A model generated the notes under the pieces. That model did no database searches. It was not told where the DNA came from and saw only the letters and a program-made list of their open reading frames with translations. From a virus, in IMG/VR virus record IMGVR_UViG_3300032116_000057, positions 32,001 through 96,000 of that record: a DNA stretch of 64,000 nucleotides; one strand, written 5' to 3'. Shown piece by piece: positions 26,648-36,138 of the stretch. Every line of letters starts with the position of its first letter. Positions within the stretch are counted from its first letter, which is position 1. The position numbers were made by a program, and so were the translations under genes.

Positions 26648-27692
26648 CGAGCATCAAGATTGGCTTGGTCTTAAGAGTATCCATAACAGCCCGGCTAATC
26701 TCCTGCTGTAGGTCAACTTCTTCTCGCAGAGAGTCTAGGAGGGCTTGGGTACCCTGCCACTTACGCTCTCCGTAATACATCCAACCTCCACGGCGGTCTA
26801 CGATCCCATTTAGAATCGATAAAGCAACAATCTCTTTAGCAGAATCATAATGACCTGCATCGATTGCCCCACCGTCCGAAAAATAAAAGTCTAGGTACGC
26901 CGTTTGTTGCGGTGGAAAGGTTTTGTTTTTGATGGTCCGAACGCGAATAGTTTGTCCAACACGTCGCTTATCTTGTCCAGTACCGACTTCGAGCCACTCG
27001 TCTCGTTTGACTTCACAACGAATCGAGTATGCGTAGTCTTTGCCGAGTCCTCCCGGCGTTGTACGCGGGTCACCGTGCATCACTCCGATCTTCATTCTAT
27101 ATTGGTTGATCATAATTCCTAAGATTGGGCGTTCGTCTTCGACGAGATCGCGCTTTGTAGCAGCTGCAACCTTACGGAAGAACTTATTTGTAAGCATAGC
27201 TCCGCGTCCGACCGTAAACTCCTCCATAGTTTTCTCATCCTCAGCCGAGGGTACAAGAGCAGGTAAAGAGTCGATGACAACCATGTCAACAGACTTAGAC
27301 TCACAAAACTGAATAACAGCGTCAAATGCATCCTCCATACTATTTGTTTCTACAATCAGTACCCTAGAGGTATCGACTCCGCACATCTGTGCGTATTCTG
27401 CGTCAAAGTTTTCAGCAGCTACCCATACAGCAGTAAAGTCTGCATTTGCTTTTTGATTAGCTGCAATAGTTTTCAGCGCAATAGCTGTCTTGCCGTGAGA
27501 TGCCTCACCAACTACTTCAACCCAATGATTCATAGGCCAGCCCCCACCTAGAACTACGTCAAGTGTAAGAGAACCGGTAGTAATTCTTTTAGGTAATCTC
27601 ATTTCTGAGGCAGTAACTACGGTGTTGTTTCCTAGTTTTTTGTTAATAGATGCCGCAATTTTTAGTGCATCTGAATTAATTGTCATGGTCAT
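26637..27692 (-). CDS. recA: RecA/UvsX recombinase
   Basis: TGSLTLDVVLGGG, GEASHGKT, VIDSLPAL, INQYR and TTPGG motifs. Confidence 0.95.
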   Translation of the reverse strand: MTMTINSDALKIAASINKKLGNNTVVTASEMRLPKRITTGSLTLDVVLGGGWPMNHWVEVVGEASHGKTAIALKTIAANQKANADFTAVWVAAENFDAEYAQMCGVDTSRVLIVETNSMEDAFDAVIQFCESKSVDMVVIDSLPALVPSAEDEKTMEEFTVGRGAMLTNKFFRKVAAATKRDLVEDERPILGIMINQYRMKIGVMHGDPRTTPGGLGKDYAYSIRCEVKRDEWLEVGTGQDKRRVGQTIRVRTIKNKTFPPQQTAYLDFYFSDGGAIDAGHYDSAKEIVALSILNGIVDRRGGWMYYGERKWQGTQALLDSLREEVDLQQEISRAVMDTLKTKPILMLDGE

Positions 27693-28090
27693 TACCCGAT
27701 CCTATCTACGATTACAGTGGGGTTGAATCCGCTTCCTTGTGCTGGTTGTTTTGCTGGAGTTACTGGACCTTCGGACCCGGTACCACCAACACCGCTACCA
27801 GCTTGAACTAATGGGTAGCCGCAATCATAGCAGCGTTTACGTTGAGTGCCTTGAGGCGCCATGTAATTTCCTGATGTACAGTTTGGACAACGTTCAGTAT
27901 CTCTTGCGCTAGCAGCTCTAGTAACTAGCTGATCTTGGTTTGGATCGTAAGAAACTTGAACGTTAGGTTGCTGGGTAGTGGGGCGGTATACATTGCCCGG
28001 CAATGGACTTGTTGGAGGTGTAGTAGGTACGGCGTTTGGATTACCTAATTTTTTGTTCCACCAATTTGCATTACTCATAGTCTTCCTCAT
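27692..28090 (-). CDS. zinc-ribbon hypothetical protein
   Basis: CPNC...CYDCG. Confidence 0.65.
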   Translation of the reverse strand: MRKTMSNANWWNKKLGNPNAVPTTPPTSPLPGNVYRPTTQQPNVQVSYDPNQDQLVTRAASARDTERCPNCTSGNYMAPQGTQRKRCYDCGYPLVQAGSGVGGTGSEGPVTPAKQPAQGSGFNPTVIVDRIG

Positions 28091-28520
28091 CTACTAATAG
28101 CTTTGAGTCAATTAATCCTAATGAAAATAGAGTTGATACGCAAGAGACCGCAGCCGATAGAGATACCAGTCTAAATAATTCGTGAAGTTGGGCTGCATCC
28201 TTTTCGCTCAAAGCGTCAGGATCTCCTGAGGAATCATCCAACATATACGCTGCAGTAGTTATCTTTGCACATAAATCTGCATGAGAATCAATTAGGGGCA
28301 GTAGTGCTCCCATCCTAGAAAGTCTAGCTTGACTATCTTGTTCTTCCATTTCTGAGACTTCGTCGGAGATGGGAGGTAGGCCCATTGCATCAGCTATACC
28401 TTCAGGAGGAGTAAGCATAGTGTCGTAAATAACTTGTCGCATAAGCACTGGAAGAGGAACCTGCGTTACTGTAATCCTTTTCTTCTTACGTCTAAATAGC
28501 CTCACTTTGCCTCTCCCCAT
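28071..28520 (-). CDS. hypothetical protein
   Basis: ORF track. Confidence 0.65.
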   Translation of the reverse strand: MGRGKVRLFRRKKKRITVTQVPLPVLMRQVIYDTMLTPPEGIADAMGLPPISDEVSEMEEQDSQARLSRMGALLPLIDSHADLCAKITTAAYMLDDSSGDPDALSEKDAAQLHELFRLVSLSAAVSCVSTLFSLGLIDSKLLVDEEDYE

Positions 28521-30478
28521 CTATTTACTACCTTTACATCTGCTAACAAAGGTATGTTCAATGCTTTGATGCCTTCCATAGCTTGACGAATTGCTTCAGC
28601 TGTTTGCTCAGCAACATCTGCTGGCGTTACTGTAACTAACTCATCGTGTACCGTAAGAATAAGGCCTGCCCCTTCCGGGATCATTTTGTTAGCCCTAATC
28701 ATAGCAAGTTTAATTAGGTCAGCTGCCGACCCCTGTATAACCGTGTTAAAAGCTTGACGTTCAGCACGAGAACGCTTCCAAATTTCTGAGGATCTAAGAT
28801 CAGGCAAATACCTGCGCCTCTTTAAAAGAGTGCTGGCGTAAGGTATGGGAGACTGACGCTTGCTTTCAGCTATAACTAGTCGTTTATACCTAGAAACAGA
28901 GGGAAACTTTCTGGAAAACTCATCAAGTAATTCTTTTGCTTCCGATAAAGAACACCCAATCGATGTAGAGATTTTATCTGGGCCAACACCGTAAGCTAGG
29001 GATAAGACAAGAACCTTTCCAGCTTTTCTATCTACACCCATAGTATCTCCGATAGTGGTATAGATATCCTCCCCGTTAAGATATGCCTCGCACATAATAC
29101 GGTCCCCACTAAAGGATGCAATAACTCTAGGCTCAATCTGACTATAGTCAGCAACAACTAGCTGATGACCTTCTGGCGCTACAAACAGATTTCTAATAGC
29201 TTTTCCATTGGCGGTGTGTGGTGCTGGCACATTTTGTAGGTTTGGATTTCTACTAGAAAATCGACCTGTCTCTGCCCCATACTGAACAAAGTCTGTATGA
29301 ATTCGGCCTTTATTAAGCAAAGCCTTCTTAGCAACAATCTTTGATTTGCCGCCTAAAGTTCTAGTTATATCCCCACCAAGGTAGGGAATCACATAGGTAG
29401 TCAACAACTTATTTAAATCAGAGTACTGAATAAGGCTATCTACTAACTCATCCTTACCAGCAAAAGCCTGTAGAGCCGGCTCAGCAACTGAGTAGTCGGC
29501 AACTGTTGGTGTAAGACCCTGATCGATTCTCTTCTGTCCTGCCGGAGTTAATACCTTTGGCTTTAGTCCTCGTCCCCCAACTGTTTTGGGAGAATACAAA
29601 AGCTTTTGTTTTTCTGGAACACTGTTGATATTAAAAGCTTTGCCGGCATTTTTATATATATCTGCCTTAGTTTGTTCTAGCTGCTCTTCTAAGTTAATCT
29701 TAAGAGAAGAAAGCTCACTAACATCGATGTCTGCTCCCCGCAGCTCCATGTTGCAAATAACCTCTAGTACGTCCATCTCTAAAGCAAAAATACCTTGTAA
29801 TCCATCAATTTTTAAACGATCTGAGTAGTTTAAGTAAAGCTTCCAGGTCCACTCGGCATCCAAGGCTGAGTATTTAGCAACCTCATCAAAGCTGTGAGAC
29901 TCTACGTGAGCTCCGACTCCCTTAACCATATTGTATTTAAACTCACGCTCAAGGCAATCGTCAAGACCTAAACTGTTGCGAACTTGGTTATCTAATATAA
30001 ACGCTGCATTAAGGGTACAAGCGTAAGGCTGTGCAGGTAACTGCCCCAAATACTTTGTAATGCTTTGTAGATCAAACTTTAAGTTATGACCGACTTTAAT
30101 CTTGTCACTTAAAAATAATGGTTTCAATGCTGAAAAGACTTCAGCTGGAGTTAATTGCTTGGGTGGCTCACTAAAGATGCGCTTAGCCTTACGTTCATCT
30201 TTACTGTAATCGATAGGACGAAGCTCTAGTCCTTTAAGCACTCGTGCGTGTGCGGAAGGCAGTAGTGGATATTCAACACGCAAAAAATCTCCGTTGGGAT
30301 GTCCCATAGGTATGACATCTACTCTGTCATGTGTTGCTAAAGATATCCATACAACAACGTTTTGTCGTGGATCTCCTCTGTGATCGCCCATGCTCTCGAC
30401 GTCAAATGCAAAAGCATCTACTTGTTCATAGGCTGAAACTAATTCTTGTAACTGTTTAGTGGTCGTAATAATATTCAT
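28502..30478 (-). CDS. polA: family A DNA polymerase (3'-5' exonuclease + polymerase, no 5' nuclease)
   Basis: Exo motifs FDVE, HNLKFD, YSALDA; TGRFSSRNPNLQN, ADYSQIE, RKAGKVLVLSLAYG and VHDE. Confidence 0.95.
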   Translation of the reverse strand: MNIITTTKQLQELVSAYEQVDAFAFDVESMGDHRGDPRQNVVVWISLATHDRVDVIPMGHPNGDFLRVEYPLLPSAHARVLKGLELRPIDYSKDERKAKRIFSEPPKQLTPAEVFSALKPLFLSDKIKVGHNLKFDLQSITKYLGQLPAQPYACTLNAAFILDNQVRNSLGLDDCLEREFKYNMVKGVGAHVESHSFDEVAKYSALDAEWTWKLYLNYSDRLKIDGLQGIFALEMDVLEVICNMELRGADIDVSELSSLKINLEEQLEQTKADIYKNAGKAFNINSVPEKQKLLYSPKTVGGRGLKPKVLTPAGQKRIDQGLTPTVADYSVAEPALQAFAGKDELVDSLIQYSDLNKLLTTYVIPYLGGDITRTLGGKSKIVAKKALLNKGRIHTDFVQYGAETGRFSSRNPNLQNVPAPHTANGKAIRNLFVAPEGHQLVVADYSQIEPRVIASFSGDRIMCEAYLNGEDIYTTIGDTMGVDRKAGKVLVLSLAYGVGPDKISTSIGCSLSEAKELLDEFSRKFPSVSRYKRLVIAESKRQSPIPYASTLLKRRRYLPDLRSSEIWKRSRAERQAFNTVIQGSAADLIKLAMIRANKMIPEGAGLILTVHDELVTVTPADVAEQTAEAIRQAMEGIKALNIPLLADVKVVNRWGEAK

Positions 30479-30494
30479 GGGTCTCCTGTTTAAG

Positions 30495-30546
30495 TGTTAG
30501 GAGCCGGGGAAGAGAAAGGAGGTTAAACAAAACCCGGCTCCTAACA
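30495..30546 (-). promoter_or_regulatory. 14-bp stem-loop immediately upstream of the polA RBS
   Basis: Perfect inverted repeat TGTTAGGAGCCGGG / CCCGGCTCCTAACA with a 24-nt loop. Confidence 0.6.
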
Positions 30547-30557
30547 ACGATGATTGG

Positions 30558-31268
30558 TTATGCCTGTCCAGCTAGTTCTCGAGCTACCTCTTCCAACTCG
30601 GACTTACTCGGGATGTAGAGGGCATCCGGGCCAAGTGGCTTGAGGGGTTTAATTAGCTCTGCAGCTGCGACAGGGTCGATGTCCCAGTCATCAGCAAGAT
30701 CGCGCTCTTTAACAGGAGTAATAGAGTACGCGGTCTTGGTTCCAGTACCAGACTTGCTCACTGCCCAGTAAAGATCTGAGCGGTCAAGTGGTCCAGTCTT
30801 TTTATCCATGTGCAACTTCTCAAGTTGTCCACATAGACGAACGCCAACAATCATCAACTGAAGTTGTGGTTCTTCTTCAGATAGATTTAGAACAGTAAAA
30901 GCAAACTTCTGTGAAGGTACGCTTCCTACTGCGATTAATGGATCTCCTTCTCCAATACTAATGAATGATTTTTTTCCTTGACGATTTACCCAATGCTGCA
31001 TAAAAGTCATTGGCTCTCCAGAAATAAATTTGATTAGCTTAACGTCTTCTTCAAATCTAAAATCAGTAGCGTACTTCTGATTAGATTTAGCTACTGCTTT
31101 CTTTGCAGCAGCCCAACCACTTTGGATTGAAGAAGAGCGATTAGTTGTATCGTTTTCATCTTCTTGGGTAAAAATTTCCTCCAGCTCAGATGCTGAAGGT
31201 GTGTGAGGTTGTGCGTCAACATAACTGTCTAAGTTAGGTGTTTCTGTCTTTTCAATTCGAATACCCAT
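30558..31268 (-). CDS. single-stranded DNA-binding protein (gp32-like)
   Basis: Position before polA; aromatic OB-like pattern (FMQHWV, SKSGTGTKTAYSI). Confidence 0.6.
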   Translation of the reverse strand: MGIRIEKTETPNLDSYVDAQPHTPSASELEEIFTQEDENDTTNRSSSIQSGWAAAKKAVAKSNQKYATDFRFEEDVKLIKFISGEPMTFMQHWVNRQGKKSFISIGEGDPLIAVGSVPSQKFAFTVLNLSEEEPQLQLMIVGVRLCGQLEKLHMDKKTGPLDRSDLYWAVSKSGTGTKTAYSITPVKERDLADDWDIDPVAAAELIKPLKPLGPDALYIPSKSELEEVARELAGQA

Positions 31269-31283
31269 TCTGGGGTACTCCTT

Positions 31284-31316
31284 TCATAGGATCATAGGAT
31301 CATTGGTCATAGGTCA
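31284..31316. repeat. four imperfect 7-8-nt direct repeats (TCATAGG[A])
   Basis: TCATAGGA TCATAGGA TCATTGG TCATAGG TCA directly upstream of the SSB RBS. Confidence 0.7.
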
Positions 31317-31319
31317 AAT

Positions 31320-31790
31320 TCAAGAAACGGCTGTTTCTTGAGAGTGAATCTTACTCCATTTTTCCATCAACTCAATTGATAGATCTGGATATCGATTCCA
31401 ATCAACCCGAGGGGCTCCTAAGAGCTCTCTAGATTGAAAGCTTTCAATGGTGGTTTCAATAATTGCTCTGCTGTACATCCGCCATCCTGGCTTCTTTACA
31501 CCATCTACAATCACTGACTTAAGTCTATAGGGTGCACGAGGTATGTACCCCTTACGTTCCCACAACCTAAGCGTAACCAGCGGTCTGTTTAGCGCCAGGG
31601 ACAGAGCCCCGGCACTGAACAATTCTATACTCTTTCCGTTAGGAAGAGTCTTCAGTTGGGGCTCTGAATCCCAGGCAGTAGACAGCTGTTTTACAGGTTT
31701 AGCGTTAGGGTTTGGTTCCCGACGCTTACGTTTTGATCCCGGATAGTAATCGTCCAGGTCACTAAACAGTTTGTCTACTTCGTCGCTCAT
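31320..31790 (-). CDS. MerR-like HTH DNA-binding protein
   Basis: FSAGALSLALNRPLVTLRLWERKGYIP...RMYS. Confidence 0.75.
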   Translation of the reverse strand: MSDEVDKLFSDLDDYYPGSKRKRREPNPNAKPVKQLSTAWDSEPQLKTLPNGKSIELFSAGALSLALNRPLVTLRLWERKGYIPRAPYRLKSVIVDGVKKPGWRMYSRAIIETTIESFQSRELLGAPRVDWNRYPDLSIELMEKWSKIHSQETAVS

Positions 31791-32224
31791 GATTTACTTG
31801 TAATAAACGCCCACGTAATTTTCTTTGGAAACATAGCGTCCACATCTTCCTCTGTGAGTTTTCCCTCATAGAGTGCAGCCATAACCTCATCCTCAGCAAC
31901 TGTTGGGATAGGCTTGATACAGCGATCTGCTAATCCTTTTTGAGTAAGAATTAGAATTGCTGCATCCATATCAAGACTTTGTGAAACTCTGCGTTCCCGC
32001 TTAAGAGATACAACGCCATCTACTTCTTCTGGAAGAGGAAGCCAAACGTGTCCCTTATCGTCTGTCTCACCTTGTTTGTCTACAAGATCTGAAAGCTCCG
32101 TTTTAAGTACGCTCTGCTCTTTAGTCAGATCATCAATCCGACGCTTTAGATTTACGTATTGTTTTACCGTTCCTAGTAAACCTTTGGGGGATACGTCACG
32201 TGATGGTTTTTCTACTGTTGCCAT
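31787..32224 (-). CDS. hypothetical protein (coiled-coil N-terminus)
   Basis: ORF track; AAGGAGG RBS. Confidence 0.7.
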   Translation of the reverse strand: MATVEKPSRDVSPKGLLGTVKQYVNLKRRIDDLTKEQSVLKTELSDLVDKQGETDDKGHVWLPLPEEVDGVVSLKRERRVSQSLDMDAAILILTQKGLADRCIKPIPTVAEDEVMAALYEGKLTEEDVDAMFPKKITWAFITSKS

Positions 32225-32241
32225 GTGCCCTCCTTGTTTGG

Positions 32242-32733
32242 CTATTTAATTTGGATAGATTTTGCTTTCTTATCCTCTGGCAATTCCTGTTCCAATGTAA
32301 TACGAAGCATACCATCTTTAAGCTCAGCGCTTTTAATTTTGACATACTCTTGTAATACAAAGTCCTGTTCAAAATCTCTGGCTGCGATTCCGCGGTAAAC
32401 CGCAGCTTCTGGCTCAGAGGTTTTTTCTCCAGACACCGTAAGAATATTCTCTTTTACGGTAAGTTGCAAATCTTCTTTTGTGAAGCCTGCCACAGCTAAC
32501 TCTAGAGTGTAGGTTTCCCCCTGTTTATAAAGGTTATAGGGAGGATAGGTAGTGGTTTTTACCTCTTTACTGATCTCCTTTAAAGTTTCAAACAGGGGAT
32601 CAAAGCCAATTGCCCAACGATTAATGTTGGGGAAAAGGGTTGAGAGGGTTGGTGGCATAGATGCCGGTAGTTTTGATCTTGGCGTTTCCCAATCTTTTGG
32701 GCGCCAGTCTTTTCCATTTGGGGTTGGGTACAT
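32242..32733 (-). CDS. small heat shock protein (Hsp20/IbpA-like)
   Basis: YPPYNL, LAVAGF, YRGIAARDF and AELKDGML motifs. Confidence 0.95.
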   Translation of the reverse strand: MYPTPNGKDWRPKDWETPRSKLPASMPPTLSTLFPNINRWAIGFDPLFETLKEISKEVKTTTYPPYNLYKQGETYTLELAVAGFTKEDLQLTVKENILTVSGEKTSEPEAAVYRGIAARDFEQDFVLQEYVKIKSAELKDGMLRITLEQELPEDKKAKSIQIK

Positions 32734-32761
32734 AGTTCTCTCCTTAGACGAGACTAGTTAA

Positions 32762-32800
32762 AGACCCCCGTTCGGCGGGTCTAGGTGTGTAACAATTATA
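32762..32800 (-). promoter_or_regulatory. hsp20 promoter -10 (TATAAT) and 5'-UTR hairpin
   Basis: TATAAT at 32800-32795; AGACCC...GGGTCT hairpin at 32762-32782 before the AAGGAG RBS. Confidence 0.5.
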
Positions 32801-32809
32801 GCGTAAAGA

Positions 32810-32953
32810 TTATTCCGCTATGTATTTTTTGAGGGCTTCGATAATAACCTGAGTTACGGTCGTTCCCTCAATAGCTGCTTTTTCTTTTACAGCAGCCCAA
32901 AGCTCATTAGAGACACGTATAGTACGCGTCGGAGTCTTAGGCGAATTAGGCAT
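32810..32953 (-). CDS. ribbon-helix-helix DNA-binding protein (47 aa)
   Basis: Translated by hand: MPNSPKTPTRTIRVSNELWAAVKEKAAIEGTTVTQVIIEALKKYIAE. Confidence 0.8.
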   Translation of the reverse strand: MPNSPKTPTRTIRVSNELWAAVKEKAAIEGTTVTQVIIEALKKYIAE

Positions 32954-32962
32954 AGTAATATG

Positions 32963-34525
32963 TTACAGGGAAACATTTTGTAAGAACCCCCTAAGTGAAC
33001 CCACAGTCAACTTAATTCCGCCCTGTGAATCTATACCCTCTCCATCTACAACAGCGCCAGCTACTGCTAATTTTTGATCTAGCATTGCATGCTGTCGTTC
33101 TTCTACCGACCCCTCCATTAGTAAATCCTGTATGACTATAGATCCCCATTCGCTGGATGCTCTTCGGATTCGTCCATTACGTTGAAGTGCGAGTCCGGCA
33201 TTCCACGGAAGATCGTAGTTAATAAGAAGATTAGCTTGAGGTAGATCCACACCATAACCCCCAGCATCAGAGCTGACAAGGATCCTAACTTCAGGATCTG
33301 TTTGAAACTTAACTTTTGCTTCTTCTTTTTGTTTAGCATTCATTTCTCCTGTATACGGTGCACTAGCCCAATCCATTATAAACTCATCGCGTATTAAATT
33401 TACCATGTGCACATAGCTGGTAAAAATAACAACTTTGTTGCCTTCGTACTCTGATAAAAAGTTATTAACGTATTCTTTTAAAGCAGATAATTTTGGCGAC
33501 TTAGTCACTGAATCTAGACGACCGCTGTTCTTTAGCTCTTCAGCATACGCAGAGGATTTGGCAGACTTTCTAAGTAGATCTGGGTGGTCGCAAAGCATTC
33601 TAAGTGCAGTAAGTTTAGACATAATTTTACCACGCATAGCGTCGGCACCATCAAAGTTTTCTCCCTGACCATAGTGTGCAAAAATATCAAATGATGCACC
33701 GTAGGAGTCTAAAGCCTCTTCTAAATCATTTAATAGTTCATAAACTATAGACTGATATAGCTTCTTACCGGCTGAATCAAAAGCTACAAGGATAGGTTCG
33801 GCATTAATAGTTTCTGGCAAGAAGGGGGCTACATCAGGATCGCTTTGACGTTTACGTACGCAAGCTTCCATAAGAGTTTTGTTAAGTACGGGAAGATTTC
33901 TGTATCTCTCTACGCCACCAAACCTATTTCTAACAATAAATGTTTGGTCAAATAAATCAAAACGACCTAGAACACTTTTGTCTACAAACTGCATTATGCT
34001 ATACAGCTCTTCAGGCTTTCCATTTTCTACTGGGGTACCTGTAAGGGCAAACTTATAATCGCTACTTAATTTCTTTATGTATTTAGATCGTTTTGATCTA
34101 AAGCTTTTAATTGCGGTTGCTTCGTCACAGACAATGAATCCTGTAGGGAGTTGTCGTACATACTCCCAGTCGTTAACAACTTGCTCGTAGTTAAGAATGA
34201 CGTAATCCACCAACGAATGACCCCAGTCGATGGCTTCCGCATACTGCTCTGCTCTTTGCTTTGGCGTTCCATCAATGACCAAAGGGTTTGAAGATCCATC
34301 GGTAAACTTCCTTATCTGTTCTGCCCATTGATATTTAAGGCTGGAAAGACAGATTATAATTCCTGGCTCACGTACGGAACCGCTATCCATTAGCTGTTCT
34401 AGCGCAGCAATTGTAAGGACTGTCTTTCCCAGCCCTAAGTCATAAGCAACCAGCATCTTTCCCCGCCGAGTCATAGCTTCAACGGCTTCTGGTTGAAACG
34501 GGAGTAACGTGCCTGTAAATGTCAT
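32963..34525 (-). CDS. SNF2-family helicase
   Basis: DLGLGKT, CDEAT, LTGTPVEN, GVDL and QRNGRIRR motifs. Confidence 0.9.
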   Translation of the reverse strand: MTFTGTLLPFQPEAVEAMTRRGKMLVAYDLGLGKTVLTIAALEQLMDSGSVREPGIIICLSSLKYQWAEQIRKFTDGSSNPLVIDGTPKQRAEQYAEAIDWGHSLVDYVILNYEQVVNDWEYVRQLPTGFIVCDEATAIKSFRSKRSKYIKKLSSDYKFALTGTPVENGKPEELYSIMQFVDKSVLGRFDLFDQTFIVRNRFGGVERYRNLPVLNKTLMEACVRKRQSDPDVAPFLPETINAEPILVAFDSAGKKLYQSIVYELLNDLEEALDSYGASFDIFAHYGQGENFDGADAMRGKIMSKLTALRMLCDHPDLLRKSAKSSAYAEELKNSGRLDSVTKSPKLSALKEYVNNFLSEYEGNKVVIFTSYVHMVNLIRDEFIMDWASAPYTGEMNAKQKEEAKVKFQTDPEVRILVSSDAGGYGVDLPQANLLINYDLPWNAGLALQRNGRIRRASSEWGSIVIQDLLMEGSVEERQHAMLDQKLAVAGAVVDGEGIDSQGGIKLTVGSLRGFLQNVSL

Positions 34526-35520
34526 GCGTATATGGCCTCTACCCCGAATACGAAATGTTTGGCATTATTAATGCCATTTTGAACTTCTTCTAAAGCCATA
34601 TCCCCTATATCTTTCTTGCCGCTATCACCGTAAGCAAAAAAGGAACACTCCATTCCTAATGACCGTATTCTAGTAAACATATCGAGGGATGCTTTCTCAC
34701 CAGCCGGATCTACTTTGGGATTATCAAATGCAAGGATTAACTTGTCCGCCTGTCGCATAAGATCGATCTGTTCTGAGCTTACAGAAGCTCCAAAAGTTGA
34801 AACACCAGATCCAATTCTCAATGAAGAGAGATATACGGCGTCTAAAGGAGACTCAACTACAATCATAGTTCCGCCCATCCAAACGTCAAGACCAAATAAA
34901 GTCTTTGATTTTTGTACGCCGGCAGGACGGTTTCTAAATAGCCTGGAGTTCTGACCCTTTTCTTGCCAACCCATAAGCTTGTTAGTTTTAGGGTCACGTA
35001 TGGGGGTAATCCAGGACTCCTGTTTATCATTCCACAAAACACCAAAGTTATAGCAGGCAGTGGCTGTTAGTTTGCGGGCAGCCAAAGCCCATTCAGGAGC
35101 GCTATTAAATACCGCTAAACGAGCTTCGCTCATCTCTACAGGTCTAGGAAGAGATACGTATGACTCACGCATCTGCTCTACATGCTTAATAAGTAAATCT
35201 AGATCTACTTGGATAGATGCTCTTAGCCAGTCTTTAGCAGCATCAAAATCTAAGCGTCCCCACTCAGTTTTAAGATCAAGTATTTCCGCCACCAAAGTTA
35301 GTAATGTTCCTTTGTATCCACAGGAAAAGCAGTGGTGGACACCGGTCTCAACATTAATAGACCAGGATGGATTGAAGTCTTCTCTGCCGGTACGTTCCAA
35401 GTGCATAGGGCACCAGCCAGTAAGTTCATCACGATGCTGAGCTTTGTGGTCTAACCCTAAACGAAGTAGGGCTTGTTCTACATCCCCTTCTCTATACATT
35501 ACGGCCTTCCCACTCTTCAA
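34522..35520 (-). CDS. DNA primase (CHC2 zinc finger + TOPRIM)
   Basis: CPMH...HCFSC; VVESPLD; AFDN; KKDIGD. Confidence 0.9.
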   Translation of the reverse strand: MKSGKAVMYREGDVEQALLRLGLDHKAQHRDELTGWCPMHLERTGREDFNPSWSINVETGVHHCFSCGYKGTLLTLVAEILDLKTEWGRLDFDAAKDWLRASIQVDLDLLIKHVEQMRESYVSLPRPVEMSEARLAVFNSAPEWALAARKLTATACYNFGVLWNDKQESWITPIRDPKTNKLMGWQEKGQNSRLFRNRPAGVQKSKTLFGLDVWMGGTMIVVESPLDAVYLSSLRIGSGVSTFGASVSSEQIDLMRQADKLILAFDNPKVDPAGEKASLDMFTRIRSLGMECSFFAYGDSGKKDIGDMALEEVQNGINNAKHFVFGVEAIYA

Positions 35521-35728
35521 CGCTCCACTCTTTATGGCAATGCATGCAGTAATAATGATCTACTGGAGACAAGTAATCGTCTGTAAGTAGAACTCCTGCT
35601 ACTAACCCGTGATTACCACGCTTACACTTAACCGTGTAGATATAGTTTCTAATTCTCCACAGACCTGTGTTGAACTCTACAAAGCTTATTGCTCGCTTAA
35701 ACAGATATTTAAATCTCCACACGATCAA
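35492..35728 (-). CDS. hypothetical protein
   Basis: ORF track; C..H...CxxC. Confidence 0.5.
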   Translation of the reverse strand: MIVWRFKYLFKRAISFVEFNTGLWRIRNYIYTVKCKRGNHGLVAGVLLTDDYLSPVDHYYCMHCHKEWSVEEWEGRNV

Positions 35729-35951
35729 TTGGCGTAGGCGCTGTAGCTAATGCTCCGCACTCCGCACACTCCATTTCTAAGAAGTAGAACGATATCTCAT
35801 AGTCATCGAACATGACTTTTAGGTTCCATAAAGTTGATCCGCAAATACATACGTGTATAGGGTTGTCTTTATCTCTTAAATCAAGTGGTGACACGTACCC
35901 TCCTTCGACGTAGGTATTTGCGATCCTTAGATGTTGTGCCACCCCACACAC
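35709..35951 (-). CDS. small zinc-ribbon protein (true start probably ~35891)
   Basis: CICGS...CAECG. Confidence 0.6.
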   Translation of the reverse strand: MCGVAQHLRIANTYVEGGYVSPLDLRDKDNPIHVCICGSTLWNLKVMFDDYEISFYFLEMECAECGALATAPTPIDRVEI

Positions 35952-36138
35952 CTTCTAACTCTGGGTGGCGTACTGCGTATGCAAGGCAATCAAGGGTGAG
36001 CGGACAGTCTTTGCAGATGCTCTTAGCTTTATCTAAGTCTGCGTACATCCCCTCGTCATCTGGAAAAAATAGTTCAGGGTCTGCGTCTTTACAGCTTTGT
36101 TTGCCGTTAAATGGATGTGTTTCCAAATAGAGATCCAT
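35881..36138 (-). CDS. whiB: WhiB-family transcription factor (second copy)
   Basis: C...DPELFFP...AKSICKDCP...C...GVWGG; start moved to ATG at 36138. Confidence 0.9.
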   Translation of the reverse strand: MDLYLETHPFNGKQSCKDADPELFFPDDEGMYADLDKAKSICKDCPLTLDCLAYAVRHPELEGVWGGTTSKDRKYLRRRRVRVTT

